DNA of 64,000 nt, from assembly GCF_964204645.1 (NCBI RefSeq), contig NC_134025.1, forward strand, positions 21,427,101-21,491,100, written 5' to 3'. The notes under the pieces are model-generated. The model did no database searches. It was not told the origin of the DNA and saw only the letters and a list, made by a program, of their open reading frames with translations. The DNA comes from Tubulanus polymorphus. Lineage: Eukaryota > Animalia > Nemertea. The translations under genes were made by a program, and so were the position numbers. Shown one piece after another: positions 24,946 through 60,622 of this stretch; within the stretch, counting starts at the first letter, position 1, and each line of letters starts with the position of its first letter.

Positions 24946-27900
24946 TGTTCAAATCTTCACAAAACGACCTATAAGGACAAAATGTACAGGACTGAGTAAA
25001 CCTTTATTCGTGATCCGAGCTTAGAAGAAAGCTATGTGTTTGGTTAAGATAAATAGTCGGAATGTTGACTTGAACTTAAAGTTATCGTGCTTAGAGGGCC
25101 CAACTAAGTGAGTGAAGAGGAGAAAATTATCCGATATAGCACGTATATATATCTGCTAGCTACCATGCGGTTTAGCGCTCGACATCGACTCTAAATTTAA
25201 CTTGTTTTTGTCTCACGTAATTTACTTATCATGATTCATGCATAACCTTGTCGATGTTATCGCATATATTCAAGCAAATAATAAAGACTCCTGTTCAAAC
25301 CGACTCCGTACACTCATAGTATATATTACACTGTACATATCAACCTATAAAGCTAATTTTATTGGAATGTTATCAGTATTTTGGGATATTATTTGACGAT
25401 CGCCTTTGTGGATAACTTTCTTCAGCACGAGAAGTTTTAACAAGAAGTTGTATATAGCTTCCTATAATATGACCCAGCAAACCTCGTCTAAGAAAAACTG
25501 GAATTGGTCTGAGGCAGGAAAATACGTTAGGAAGTCAGAAACATGATTTCGCTTTTGTCCGAGTTAGTCAAAAGCCCGAGTCGGCCATTTCCGAGTAGGG
25601 CTATGTTTACAGCGTATTCATAATTATAACGATTCAGGTATATATTATATTCATTGAAAATTTAAAGGTTTCTCGAGATCTAAAAACTTCAAACATAAAC
25701 CTGTTTCAATTTGGTTCACTATTGAAGTGTTAGTGTTAAAATTCCTGTTGAAGAATCGTACGGCACATCACCCAAAAAGCATTGCAAATCTTATTCATAC
25801 CAAGCTATTGGCAGAACATGTAAACTATACTACCTTTACGCCGAATTCCACTCCCTCACCCTGGATCTTATTATAGCCAGGACTGGATGCAGCTGCAGCA
25901 ATGTGCTACTGCTACGTACTACTGTGAGAGTGGCGGCGGTGCCTCGGAAATCATTCTAGACATACTGAGATATTCAATGCCGTCTTCCTAATAGTCAAAT
26001 AGTTCTTACTTTATTCAATACCATAATTTCGTCGAGGAATTTACGTGGAGAAATCAATCGTAGAATTCTTACCTTCAAGTATATATATTAGAAATAGCCT
26101 ATTGAGCGCCGGCTCCCTCCACTTTTCGTCTGTAGTGTGAGTGTGGTTAGATCACGTGATAGGTATGCGCGCAGGATATAGCAGGCGATCAAATGTTGCG
26201 CCGGAAATTCGTACTACATTTTATGATGATCGACTCGATTTTTCCTATTCGATGCGTCATTTCACATTGATGGAACAAAGACTCCAAAGTGTTCATTTCC
26301 TGCTTCAGTTCGCGTACAAAAAGCCGCATACGTATCATATATGAATGATACCGGTATGTTGTTTTTTTTTTAGAACGACGGTATTTTGCCCGCATACAGT
26401 AGGTATTGCTAGCCACATCAGAGATGCCCAGTGTAAGAACATAATAGATTCCACCCATGGTCTAGAAAATTATTTCATCCTTCCTTTCAACGCCTGACGT
26501 TGATAATCTGTGAGTCATGCTGAACTACACGATTGATCTGTACTTTTTTGAATACTTTTTTACTGGAACATGTCATACAGCCGTTGTCCTTAGCAATGTA
26601 CTGCACTACGTAAAAATGAGTATACTACCTCTTAGGCATTTGAAACGCATTTTCATCATCCCTGTCCCTTGTATAAATATGTACCTTTTCTGTTATGTAC
26701 ATAACATGTATAGTTGTTTTTTTGTCAAATGAGATAACAAGATGGATATGTTTATGTCTTTACAATATTGATTTGTCATTATTTTGAATAGCAAAATCTC
26801 GACAGTCACCTATTAATGTTTACAGTTCTAAAAAATAGAAAGAAGTATGTTAGAATACGTGATTATAATATAACAGTTTTTACGCATTACACACAGAATC
26901 TGCTTCCGTTTTTCAATAATTTGATGATAAACAAATTACCGAGGATATTTTGACATCATCAGGGATAGATAGTTTTTCGATATTTGGTAGGTGCATTTAA
27001 AGTTAAGGCGGTCGCGTCGAAGAAGGTAGAATATGCGCGACTCGTTCCAACTGTCCGGGCATCTCTCGCAGTCGTCGATATATAGCCTATATATCATTCA
27101 CCAAGAACCTTAGTGTCTGTGATGTTGGTTACACTAGGATCGTAGATCACTGGTGGAGACAACCACTGCCAGTGCTGGGTGAAATATATCATAGCTCGAG
27201 AATAATTGATTAATTGTTCAAATCCAACAACGAACTAAATGTTCACTCGCGAATTCGTAATGATATAGGGGTAACGTTGTTTATCGATCATTCCGGATGA
27301 ATGTAGAAATACGTATAGGCCTGCGAATAGCAATGACTTGAGTGAGGGGTGCTGCTAAATATATTCTACGTGAAGGAAGTAGATAATCTCACCGTCGGGA
27401 GAGGATTTCGTTACCCGAAGTTGGTCAACTGAACGACGGTTCAACTCTCTACATGAAGTGTATGAGGAGATGAAATGAAGATGGAAGCAAGAATGAAATG
27501 AAGATACAAATATACGGGCTCGTACGTAGCCTCTCTTGGGTACGTGCGAATTTAGATGAGGTGGAACTTATTTGACGTGGGAGGCATAGGCACGAAGGGA
27601 AAATCTTGAAATTTTCAGCGTTTTAGATGCATTTCCAGCCAATATTGGTGAATTTCATATAGCAATGAAAATCAAGTCACTGAAAATTATCTTTGACAAA
27701 AAATAGTGGAACTCGGGGTCTTGTGGGGAGGTGCGTTCGCGCCCCCTGTGTACAGCAAGAGCGGTCGTAGAATCGCAGCGCAAGGCCATGGTTTGCAGCA
27801 AGTCTACTAAGTGCTAATTTTTTCAGTCAAAAATTTGTTAAGGCCCTGTTTTTCTTACTTTTCACAAAATGTCAAAAAGTGCTAAGTCATCTGAAAAATT

Positions 27901-28299
27901 TCTGTCATAGCATTCGTAATCTATCGTGATATATGCCAAGTGTTGATCAATTTAATATTCAAAAGCCAAGTACACGTCACTTCTGGGCAAAATTATGCCC
28001 TAGCGCACGAATGACTCCAAAAATTCGTTGATGACACATAGGCGATCTGCCAATAGGTTATCGATCGTTATGGTTTGGCAAATCACGATGAGCCGTTACT
28101 AAACAGTGCGACTTTAATCCCACTATACTGCAGAGTGCTCACGTTTGATCAAGCCTTACAGCTTACAAGCCATGTAACGAACGTGATCCTCTATACAGCA
28201 CACCTCGCCGTACTCGGACCAACCAGGACCGGCAAAATTGGTCCGTCCGAGTTAAGCGCACTCCGAGTTACAGATAGGAAAGATAAGTTAGGAAATTAT

Positions 28300-29503
28300 A
28301 ACTAGGGGTCCAGGGACACCATGCCCACTTGGGAAGTGGTTCCAAATGCTCAACAATCTAACAATTTCAATATTCAACGCCCCCCGGTGACCATATACAA
28401 AAACCAATGACCTTGAAACTCACCACAATCATAGAAAATGTCAGCAGCTACGATTTTGTAATTGATTGTGATAACAAAATATGCCTCGTTACCAATTTAA
28501 TATGGAAATACTAAGTTATTCTACTATTCAACGCCCCCTGGTGACCATATTCAAAACCCAATGACCTCGAAACTCACCACAATCATAGAACATGCCATGA
28601 ACTACAACTTTGCAATTGATCATGGTAACAAAATATGCCTAGGTACCAATATAATAAGGAAATACTAAGTTATTCTACTATTCAACGCCCCTTGGTGACC
28701 ATATAGAAAAGCTAATGTCCTTAAAACTCACAACAATCATAGATGATGTCATGAGCTACAACTTTCCAATTGATTGTTGTTACAAAATATGCATAGGTAC
28801 GAATATAATAAAGAAATGCGAAGATATTGTATTATTCAACGCCCCCTGGTGGCCATATACGAAATCCAATTACCTTGAAACTCACCACAATCATAGAACA
28901 CATTATGAGCTACAACTTTCTAATTGATTGTGGTAGCAAAATACGCTTAGGTATCAATATAATGTGGAAAAACTTTTTCCCACTTACGAATGAGTACTGG
29001 TGACACCAAGATGGCCGCCAATTGCATAATCACAAATTGCAATGAGAAATGGCAAACCAGTAGGAAGCTACAGGACTCAGGATTCGGGCCAAAATTAACA
29101 TTTTTGGGCACTGAAAAGGTCATAGGACGGCCATCTTGAGTCTGATCGACCTAATTTTTGTTATGCTGATGGGCCCTGGGGGGATTCACATATATCCCAA
29201 AGATCAAGCTAATTGATCAAAGCGTCTTCAAAATTTCCCTCAAAAAGTTCAAAAATGTGTAAAAAGTGCTGATTTTGGCAAACAACAATGGCTGCTAGTC
29301 GGCCATCTTGATTCTGACAGGGCCAGTTTTTGGGCTGAAGATGGGTCTAGGGTAGATACATGTGTAACCTAAATATCAAGACGTTACCTTGAAGCGTCTT
29401 CAAAACTTCCCAAAATAACTGGATTCCGTCTACGGACGGACGGACGACGGACGAAAAGTGAACGCAATAGCCCGCTGGGACTAAAGTTCCAAGTGGGCTA
29501 AAA
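28300..29503 (+). mobile_element. Non-autonomous Helentron/pearl(CvA)-like element carrying a satellite array
   Basis: Starts AACTAGGGG, contains four 154-bp units, then a (GGAC)n microsatellite at ~29433-29452 and a 3' hairpin AGCCCGCTGGGAC-TAAA-GTTCCAAGTGGGCT followed by AAAAAC. A homologous 3'-end remnant is at ~36600-36755. Confidence 0.65.
28371..28965. repeat. 154-bp tandem satellite, 4 units
   Basis: TATTCAACGCCCC starts at 28371, 28525, 28679 and 28833. Confidence 0.95.
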
Positions 29504-30192
29504 ACTATTGAGTGTTTGTCCGAGTCAGCCATGTCCAAGTAAGGCTAGGTTTAATGTAGCTTACTGCGCTCATTTCATACGAAAAACGTAAAACCTCGAT
29601 TACTGTACACTGTTTTATTCATTGCTTTTTTTTTCATTTCAAACACATGAAATATACAGGAATTCAATAAAATACATCGATTTGCCAGCCGTAGCTTTTC
29701 TTTTAGCGTCTTTTCATACGAATATCACAACAACAACAACGAAACAAAGGCTAATCATGGACGGTATTATTTGCTGTGATGTCGTTGAATAAGTATATAA
29801 TATAGGGTATATTCATTAAAACCGAATTATACGTTATAAAACTGGCGTAAAACAATAAACGTTTTGATTGCAGCCGTAAATCTTTTTTTTTAGTCGCGCG
29901 CGACGGCGCTTAACCGATGGAATGGTATTCGAAATAAAACTCGTATTAAAAAACTAGACGTTGCGTTATGATATCCCCGTGCGCCCGCGCGCTATTATCA
30001 TACAATCGTAAAAGTTTATTGGAATGTTAAAACCGAAATGAAATGTTTCGTCATGAATTATGTAGCGATCGCCTACGTAATTTGCGACCTGCTCAAAAAA
30101 CATCAAGCGGAGGATATTTCATTCAGTCAGTCATTAATACACAGCACTGAAATCAAACTAATCCACAGCGATTATTACATGGCTATATTGCG

Positions 30193-30195
<3 letters not shown>

Positions 30196-30236
<41 letters not shown>
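30196..30236. repeat. (TA)n microsatellite
   Basis: TA run. Confidence 0.95.
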
Positions 30237-30239
<3 letters not shown>

Positions 30240-31482
30240 CAACAGCGAAATGATTTTCTTCTCTTTTCGATTCAATCATCGGCCATGTAAACACCGCGTG
30301 TGTGTGGCCTTTTTTGAAATACAACAATCTCATAATACGTATACATAATAATTAATTAATAAATAGGAGCTTACAGGATGGGCTAAAACGCATGAGAACT
30401 ATTTACAAATCGATGATAAATGAAGCCTAGGCGACAAAATATTGCCACCAACTGAAGTATGATAAATCGTGTACATATATCCCTGGATAAGTCACTGACC
30501 CGCCTGCCATCTTCTATCGATCAATTAAAATCTTTGCTTTCGATTTGTTCTCTGAAGACAAAAATAGGAATTACCGTGGACTTTCAACATCATCGGAGAC
30601 ATTTTAATAACAATCGTCTCAGATGGGCTGCGCTTTTATACGTAAACATAGATAGGTCATTTAAATGCCATATATAGATATGATAAAACAATGGCTAAGT
30701 GAGTTGTTGCTTTGTGTTTTTCTAAACGACAAAATCAATTCGAATTTGAAAAATCATTTGATTCATAGCTCATATACATAAACGCAATCGAATCCACTTG
30801 AGTCAGTTCTTAATCTAAAATCATGTAAATCTATCCCTACACGAGCGATATCAGAGTTGCATGCGAGTAGTAACAACAAAGATTTTTTGCGACGACAAAT
30901 ATCAAAACGGTCATCCGGGTCAATCGGATCCGACTCGAGCGGAGACCACTATATGAGAATCATTTTATCATTCAATTAGTACGGAACACGCAAAGCTGAT
31001 GTATAACGTGCCCTCTGCTACAACCAACATACCGGTAAGCATTTTTACAGAACGCCTGCTGTAAACTGAAAAACAAATCGTAAATATCTACTAATCTTTA
31101 ACAACCGTAATAATATGTAATACGTACATACAACCATACACATTCATAATTAACTAACAAAGTAATGATAAATTAAGTACAATTTGAAAGATATCTCCAT
31201 TTCGATTGAACGAGTATTGCTTTTTTACCATAAAAATCGCTTAAAAACAATAATAGATCATCTCGATGAGTTAGAACCTGATTCGATAATTCGTGAAAGA
31301 AAAAACATTCGATTTTTAGGTCGAGAAAATCCACGCTCACGCGTTACGCGTCTCATCGCTGACCAACCAAAAAATGGGAACGCTAGATCATCGTGGGCCT
31401 AGTTATCAGAAATACCGATGACTGCATTCTGATGTAAAATGTTGGAAATAAGAGATGTACTTATAAATGCCGTAGAATCCAC

Positions 31483-32043
31483 TTAACCCTTTCAGTGCGT
31501 CTACACCGCAGTGCGGTGTATACATCGGTGATGGATTTTGCTAGTACACCGCACTGTGTATTGGTGTAATAAGTAATTAGTTTAGTTTTGATCTCCATTG
31601 AAAGATGGCAGCACCTGTCAAACATAGTGAAATAATAGTAACCAACGATACACCGCACCGTGGTGTAGTTGCACTATAGTGGTCACGAGAGAAATCCCAC
31701 AATAACGAAGCCAAGATTGAAAAATTCTATATCAGAATGATTACATTTGAGGAGCAACGTTTCGGCTAACAACTAGCCATCATCAGGCGTACTGATGATG
31801 ATGGCTAACAGTTGTTAGCGAAACGTCGCTCCTCAAATATAATCATTCTGATACAGAATTTTTCAATCTTGGCTTCGTTATTGTGGGATTTCTCTCGTCA
31901 TCATCATACACGGATATTGTGTATCTTCTCGTCTAACTATAGTGGTATTCTCGTTGTTCAACACACTAGGGCGCAATTTTTCAAAATTTTCAAATTATCT
32001 CCAGCACTTTAGGGTATTAATTAGTCAGCACTGAAAGGGTTAA
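31483..32043. mobile_element. piggyBac-type MITE (TTAA-CCCTTTCAGTGC ends) interrupted by a palindromic insertion
   Basis: TTAACCCTTTCAGTGC ... GCACTGAAAGGGTTAA. The body is homologous to uninterrupted copies at 45387-45682 and 63693-63982. Confidence 0.9.
31684..31935. mobile_element. Palindromic Penelope-like non-autonomous element with hammerhead-ribozyme-like cores, copy 1
   Basis: ~105-bp inverted arms plus a short unique tail, flanked by the 11-bp duplication ACTATAGTGGT (31673-31683, 31936-31946). CTGATGA-stem-GAAAC motifs occur on both strands. Confidence 0.8.
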
Positions 32044-33897
32044 TTCGGATCATTTGGGACCAACAAAATTCATTTGGTGTTGACGGCAAATTCTGACTAA
32101 CTCATTCACTTGTACATTAACTGAACAAGTGGACTGCAAATAATGTCCAGATCAGACCAAAATCCGGATTAGATTGAAATCCGGATTTAACCAATATGGA
32201 TTAAGCGGGTTTGACGGTAGTATGATAATGACATAACAGTTACTAATCTGAGCAAGAAGGTTATTTTCGACTACCGAGATATCAAAATCAATGAGTAGTA
32301 ACTCAGGCAAATTAGTACTTGGAACTCTTATTCCTTTGTGATGCATTTAGCACAATTTATACATACGCATATAATGTAAGCAAGCAGAGTAATGAGTTAA
32401 ATCTATTGCAACAATCGCTCACAAAAACTTCACAGAGATAATGTATTCCGTTCTTTGTGTGTATTCAGTAGAAACTTCAAAATTCAGATGATTTGAATAT
32501 CTCTTCTGTTATGCTACTGAATCGAGCGTGAAAAAATTTGGGTCCTAATTTTCATTCGCAGATCTCGAAATCATCGACGGCAACCGACAAATAACTAATT
32601 CTCATCAAAAATACGAAAAAGAGAAAATTTCTATTTTCAGTATCAGGATGAAAGCTAGATCACCAGTAATCAGCGACATCAAAACCATTGTTAAGGGAAT
32701 GTCTTAGCTAATCGCGGATGATCGATATTTCAAATTTATGAAGTGAAATTATTCCAACGAGCTTTTCTTTACACTATATTAGGAACTCGACTATTAAAAT
32801 CACCATTTTGATTAGATTCAATTCATAATATATTGACTGATTTCAATTCATCAGTCTAGAGTCCTTTTCAAGAATGAAAACAAACCTACCCATTACACAG
32901 TGGAACCTTGTAACCTTTGGAATACCGTCTAAAATAGGAAAATTTCAATAATTTCATACTATCTGTTATAGCAAACACTAACAGATTTTCGGGTACCATT
33001 AAGTTTGTCATAATGAGGTTCCACTGGATACATATATACCATACTTAACATGTAAATGTAGGATTTTGTTCATTCTTGAAAAGACTCCTAAGATGCTTGA
33101 CAAAGTTGATCGAAATGTTGTGAATAAATAATGTAGGCTAACCAGAACAAAGATTTTAATAGTGTTGCATTTTCTTTCGAACATTTGTAATGTAACGTAA
33201 CAATCACCTATTTCCACCATTAAACACCGATTTAAACGACAATCACACCGCTGAAACCATACAAAACACAGTCTCCTTAAATTAAACTATTAACTGATGA
33301 GTATTAATCATTGTCAGAATGACCAATCACAAACTATTACGCAATATACACTGAATAATAATACTAATAAAACTACGTTCGTATTTTTTCTTCTCAATAG
33401 AAACATTCTCGCTTTTTTGTCGTCGTCGAAAATACACACGCACAAGTCTACAGCGCAGCGGTGAAATAACGTCGAATATATCTGAAAGGCACACGAAACG
33501 ATGTGATATACATCTCTCGGCTGCGCTAGACAGAAGACTCTTCCTACGCCGAGGAAAGGAATCCGCATTCATTCGATCATCCGCATACGCGTGTGGAAAT
33601 TTCATATCACATTTTCATCACACGCTTTCGTTGAATATACGCCTACGTTTATCGCATACGTATAATATATAATCACACATTTTATCATCGAGGGAATCGT
33701 CTCGGTGCTCATATCGAAATCAAATCAGCATCATCAGTCGGGTCGAGAAACAGTTTTCAGGCAACTACGAAAAAATTTCCCGAAAACGACCAAGTAATAG
33801 AACGACGCTTCCTTTCGTCGGAAAAATTTAATGATTGATTCTTGTCAATGGTCAGGTCGTGGTGGCTAGTCTAACTGGTGGACACGGGGCGCTGGAT

Positions 33898-56950
<23,053 letters not shown>

Positions 56951-58394
56951 ATCGATTTGACGACACGGAAAAAAATCGCCCGGCAATATTCATTTAATAC
57001 ATCCGCGCGACGCGATAACAAAAACAACTGATTGCCGCGATAAAATATTCATACACGAGAAACTACGTATATACGTATAGATATCGAGTTCGAATTCTCG
57101 TTTCTTTCAAGAAAAAAATCGCCTCGTCCATTCGTCGTTTCGGCAACGCGGCGACTGCAAATTACGAGACGTACGTATGCGCGCATAGGCGCTCTTCCTT
57201 CGTAAAATAGTCTCCACCCAAACTGCTTACATATATATACGCACACACACACACATACACACATACGCGGTTGCGTACAAGTACGTAATAAGGTGCGATA
57301 GATAAACTCGTCAAAAGCCAGTTATCACATTCACTCGCCATCCATCGCAACGGTGTGAAAGTCAATACCTACGGAGTCCAAGACAAGTGAAAATTGTGCG
57401 CGAAATTTCCATCAATTCCCGTTCTCATCGGCTACAGCGGCGAAGTCGCGAAATGGTGAGAATCCTATACGACGCGATATAAACTCGAAACGTACGCCCG
57501 AAATTGAAAATTGTACAGTTCGCGAATAATTTTGAGAAATCCAAGTCCAAATATGTTCCGTATTTGTTCCGATACTTTAACAATCACTAATTGTGAAGTC
57601 GGCAAAACAGAAAATATCCGATGAACTAATGAAAATAACACGCGGCATACACGTATAACCGCCGGTATTACCAGTGTATGTACGGTAACATCATATTTTG
57701 ATGCCGGCGTTTATTGCTAATTGCTATTGATACGCGGTCGTCGTCGTGATGAAATAAGCATTTACGATGCATTGCGAAATCAAACTAACACGGCATCATG
57801 TGTCGTCGGCCGTCGACCGGTTAAACAAATAACGGAAAGTCCACAAAAATGTCGTCGATACAAGATAACTCCCTTTTATCGAAAATTTCATTTACGATAT
57901 TGAGCGAGCATCTCCGTATGTGTATGTATACATATATATAGTCTAAAGTATGTTTCCAGCTAGATAGGTAGATAGATAGACAATGAATTCAAATATTGAC
58001 CCGTTCAAATGCATATATTGTATCTCATAGAAATTTCATAATGCGTTTCAAACCCATCGATTGGTTTGAACGCGAAGCTAATGCACCGAGACGGGAAATA
58101 TCTATTCCCGATTTTTTATTTGTATGAAAAACGTGTCTTCAATTTTGGCTCGAAAAAATTGTTCTCCATATCTATAGCTGCGCCTATAGCTATAGGAGAT
58201 CTAACCTTGGATTTTATATCGTATTATGGGGCTAATCTAAAGATTGCGAAAGCCTCAGACCGTGTAAGCCTACATAACGGTCTGCGAAGGTAGAACGCAT
58301 TTTCAAGTTTGAGTCGCAGAGGTTTAGGGTTGCATAGCTAATCACGGGATTAGTTTCGTCTTATATCAAGAAAGTTCTTAACCCCTATTATGAA

Positions 58395-59177
58395 TGGAAA
58401 AAATAGCCAAGGATTTATATAGGAAAAAAAGACCAAGGAAAAAATAGGCTAGGAAAGAATGGACCAGAAAAAAAGACCAGGAAAAAGTGGCCAAGGAAAA
58501 TAGGCCAGGAAAAAATAGCCAGGATCTATCTAGGAAAAAAGGACCAAAGAAAAAAATGGCCAGGAAAGAATGGGCCTGGAAAAAGTGGCCAAGGAAAAAA
58601 TTGCCAGGATTTATCTAGGAAAAAAGAACCAAGGAGCAAATAGCCAGGAAAAAATGACCCAAGGAAAAAAATGAAACTAAATGGTAAACTAAACTACAAA
58701 GAATTAAATGCATCGATCTTTTGACGATTATCAGATCAATTTCTGAATTAGTTAGCTATAAATTATCGGCAAAATTCACATAGGCCTACAACGATCATAT
58801 CTGTCATTGATGCTATACATGCTCTTCAACTAAAATAACTCAAGTTTATTGAGAGAATGCGGCCAGCTAAACGAATCACAAGGGCATTGATCGCGGTCCC
58901 CCCACTGCGGAGCGATTATGAAAACTATGCACTGACTACGGATGCCGGCAATCATGATATCGACGATTTCCTCTGCATTGTTGCACACACTATCCAATTT
59001 TGAACTCGATGTCATTGAATTGTCGCAACTCATTGATAGGTATGTATTCCAATTGTTTGTACTATAACTTGCATCATGCTCATGAAAAAAAGATAATGTC
59101 ATTAGATTTACAGAATTCATTCTATGTATCTTTAATTAAGCCATATTTTCCGTGGCCATTTTTTCCTAAATTCCTTA
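58395..59177 (+). mobile_element. Internally deleted DNA transposon, possibly Mutator-like, with repetitive subterminal arms
   Basis: Left array of AAAAA(T)GGCCA(A)GG units (58395-58670) and an inverted copy at 59140-59177. The internal stub reads ..LIAVPPLRSDYENY..IDDFLCIVAHTIQF*, reminiscent of MULE transposase C-termini. Confidence 0.5.
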
Positions 59178-59689
59178 AACTCCCGTGAGGTTTGCTTTAA
59201 CTTGAAGCTAATGATAATCATCAAGAGATGTAGGCAATGTTTCATTCGTTATCGCATCCTCGAATAAGCTAATATACCCTGATAATATTACTGATATCAA
59301 ACCCGGTATTTCGCTAACGACAGGTGGGCTGTATTTGTAAGGGACACCTAACCAAAACAAATCACAGAAAATTAAATAAGTAACAAGGTCAATCCCTATT
59401 TTAAGATCAATAAAATATTACTGATCCACCAGAAGTCTCAATGGGCCCCCGAGTGAAATATTCATAGAAAAAAGCATCAAATAGGGACATTCAGTGTATC
59501 TGATTTTGACCAACGTCCATGTCAGTGCACTGACTAGAATCAGTGGCTGGTGAACGTGTCATTTATGAATGCACTTGTCTCATTTTACAAGCATTTCCAC
59601 TTCTCCTGAGCGCCTACCCCTGATATTATGACATTTTACACATTTACATATGTATCTTACAATTTGTAATAATTTAATGCGGAGCGTAA

Positions 59690-59972
59690 AGCTGGGATCA
59701 CACGGAGAAGATTTCAACCGGGCCAAATTGGCACGGATCGGACTCGAGCCAAATTTGGCTCGTGCCTAATTAGTGCGCGCGTGCTTACGTAAACCATTGA
59801 CTCGATACTAAACAATGCTTAAACAAAGCGAAGTGGGTCATTTCTGAAACCAGTTGCAATTCAAACGCAATCATTTGTCTCGTGTTTAAAATTTGGCTCG
59901 GGCCTGGTCCTGCAAATTTGGCACCCGTGGGATCAGTTGTTCCACGCCAAATACGCTTGCGTGATCGCGGCT
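59690..59972. mobile_element. MITE family with AGCCGCGATCACACG termini
   Basis: GCTGGGATCACACGG ... GCGTGATCGCGGCT. Homologous bodies (CAAATTTGGC, GAAACCAGTTGCAATTCA) at ~44700-44886, ~47983-48235, ~49018-49280 and 60368-60622. Confidence 0.75.
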
Positions 59973-60154
59973 AGTGTCACAAAAATATTTCTATCCCAGG
60001 TAATCGGATCCGACTTGAGCGGTGTCTACTGTACATATACGGTGAACTAACATCTATAACTGGGGTGTGTGTATCTACGCAGTTATTAAGCAATTAAAAT
60101 CTAAAAAATTCCAAAGCATAATACAATCAATCGAGAACGCAATCGATAACTTAC

Positions 60155-60189
60155 CTGCCTGGTGGAGCCATCCAACCGCTCCCGGACAT
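60155..60189 (-). CDS. TUB: Candidate alternative first coding exon of tubby (MSGSGWMAPPG-S)
   Basis: ATG..GGC AG|gtaagt is a consensus phase-2 donor compatible with the 53845 exon. An acceptor tacttgcag lies ~13 nt upstream of the ATG. Confidence 0.5.
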
Positions 60190-60367
60190 AGCACTCGGAG
60201 GGCTGCAAGTAGATAAAACGAAGCAACTATGGAAAACGTGTCTAAAAGCGGTGCTGAAGATGCTTGCAAAATAAAAATGAATGCAGTTGAATGGTCTAAG
60301 CGGGTCGTCTCGCACCTTTCCGAGGTCTGAGCGAGTGTGAGGTAAAATGCTAAAATATAAAATCTAT

Positions 60368-60622
60368 AGCCGCGATTACACGGACAACAGAGATGATCAG
60401 GCTTGAGCAAATTTTGACCTGTGTCTAAGTGAAGTGGGTCATTTCCAGAACCAGTTGCAATTCAAACGCAATCATTTGTCTCGCGTTAAAATTTGGCTGG
60501 GGCATGGTCCAATTTTCTTGATCGGGCCAAATTAGGCCCGAACCCAAATGGCACCGGTGTGAACAGCCGTTTGGCACAGACCAAATTTGACCCGGGCCAA
60601 AAATGCTCGTGTGATCGCGGCT
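60368..60622. mobile_element. MITE, AGCCGCGATCACACG family
   Basis: AGCCGCGATTACACG ... CGTGTGATCGCGGCT. Confidence 0.8.

Noticed and set aside
28371-28965. CRISPR-like array
   Set aside because: Whole 154-bp units are homologous with no unique spacers, the context is eukaryotic, and there are no cas genes.
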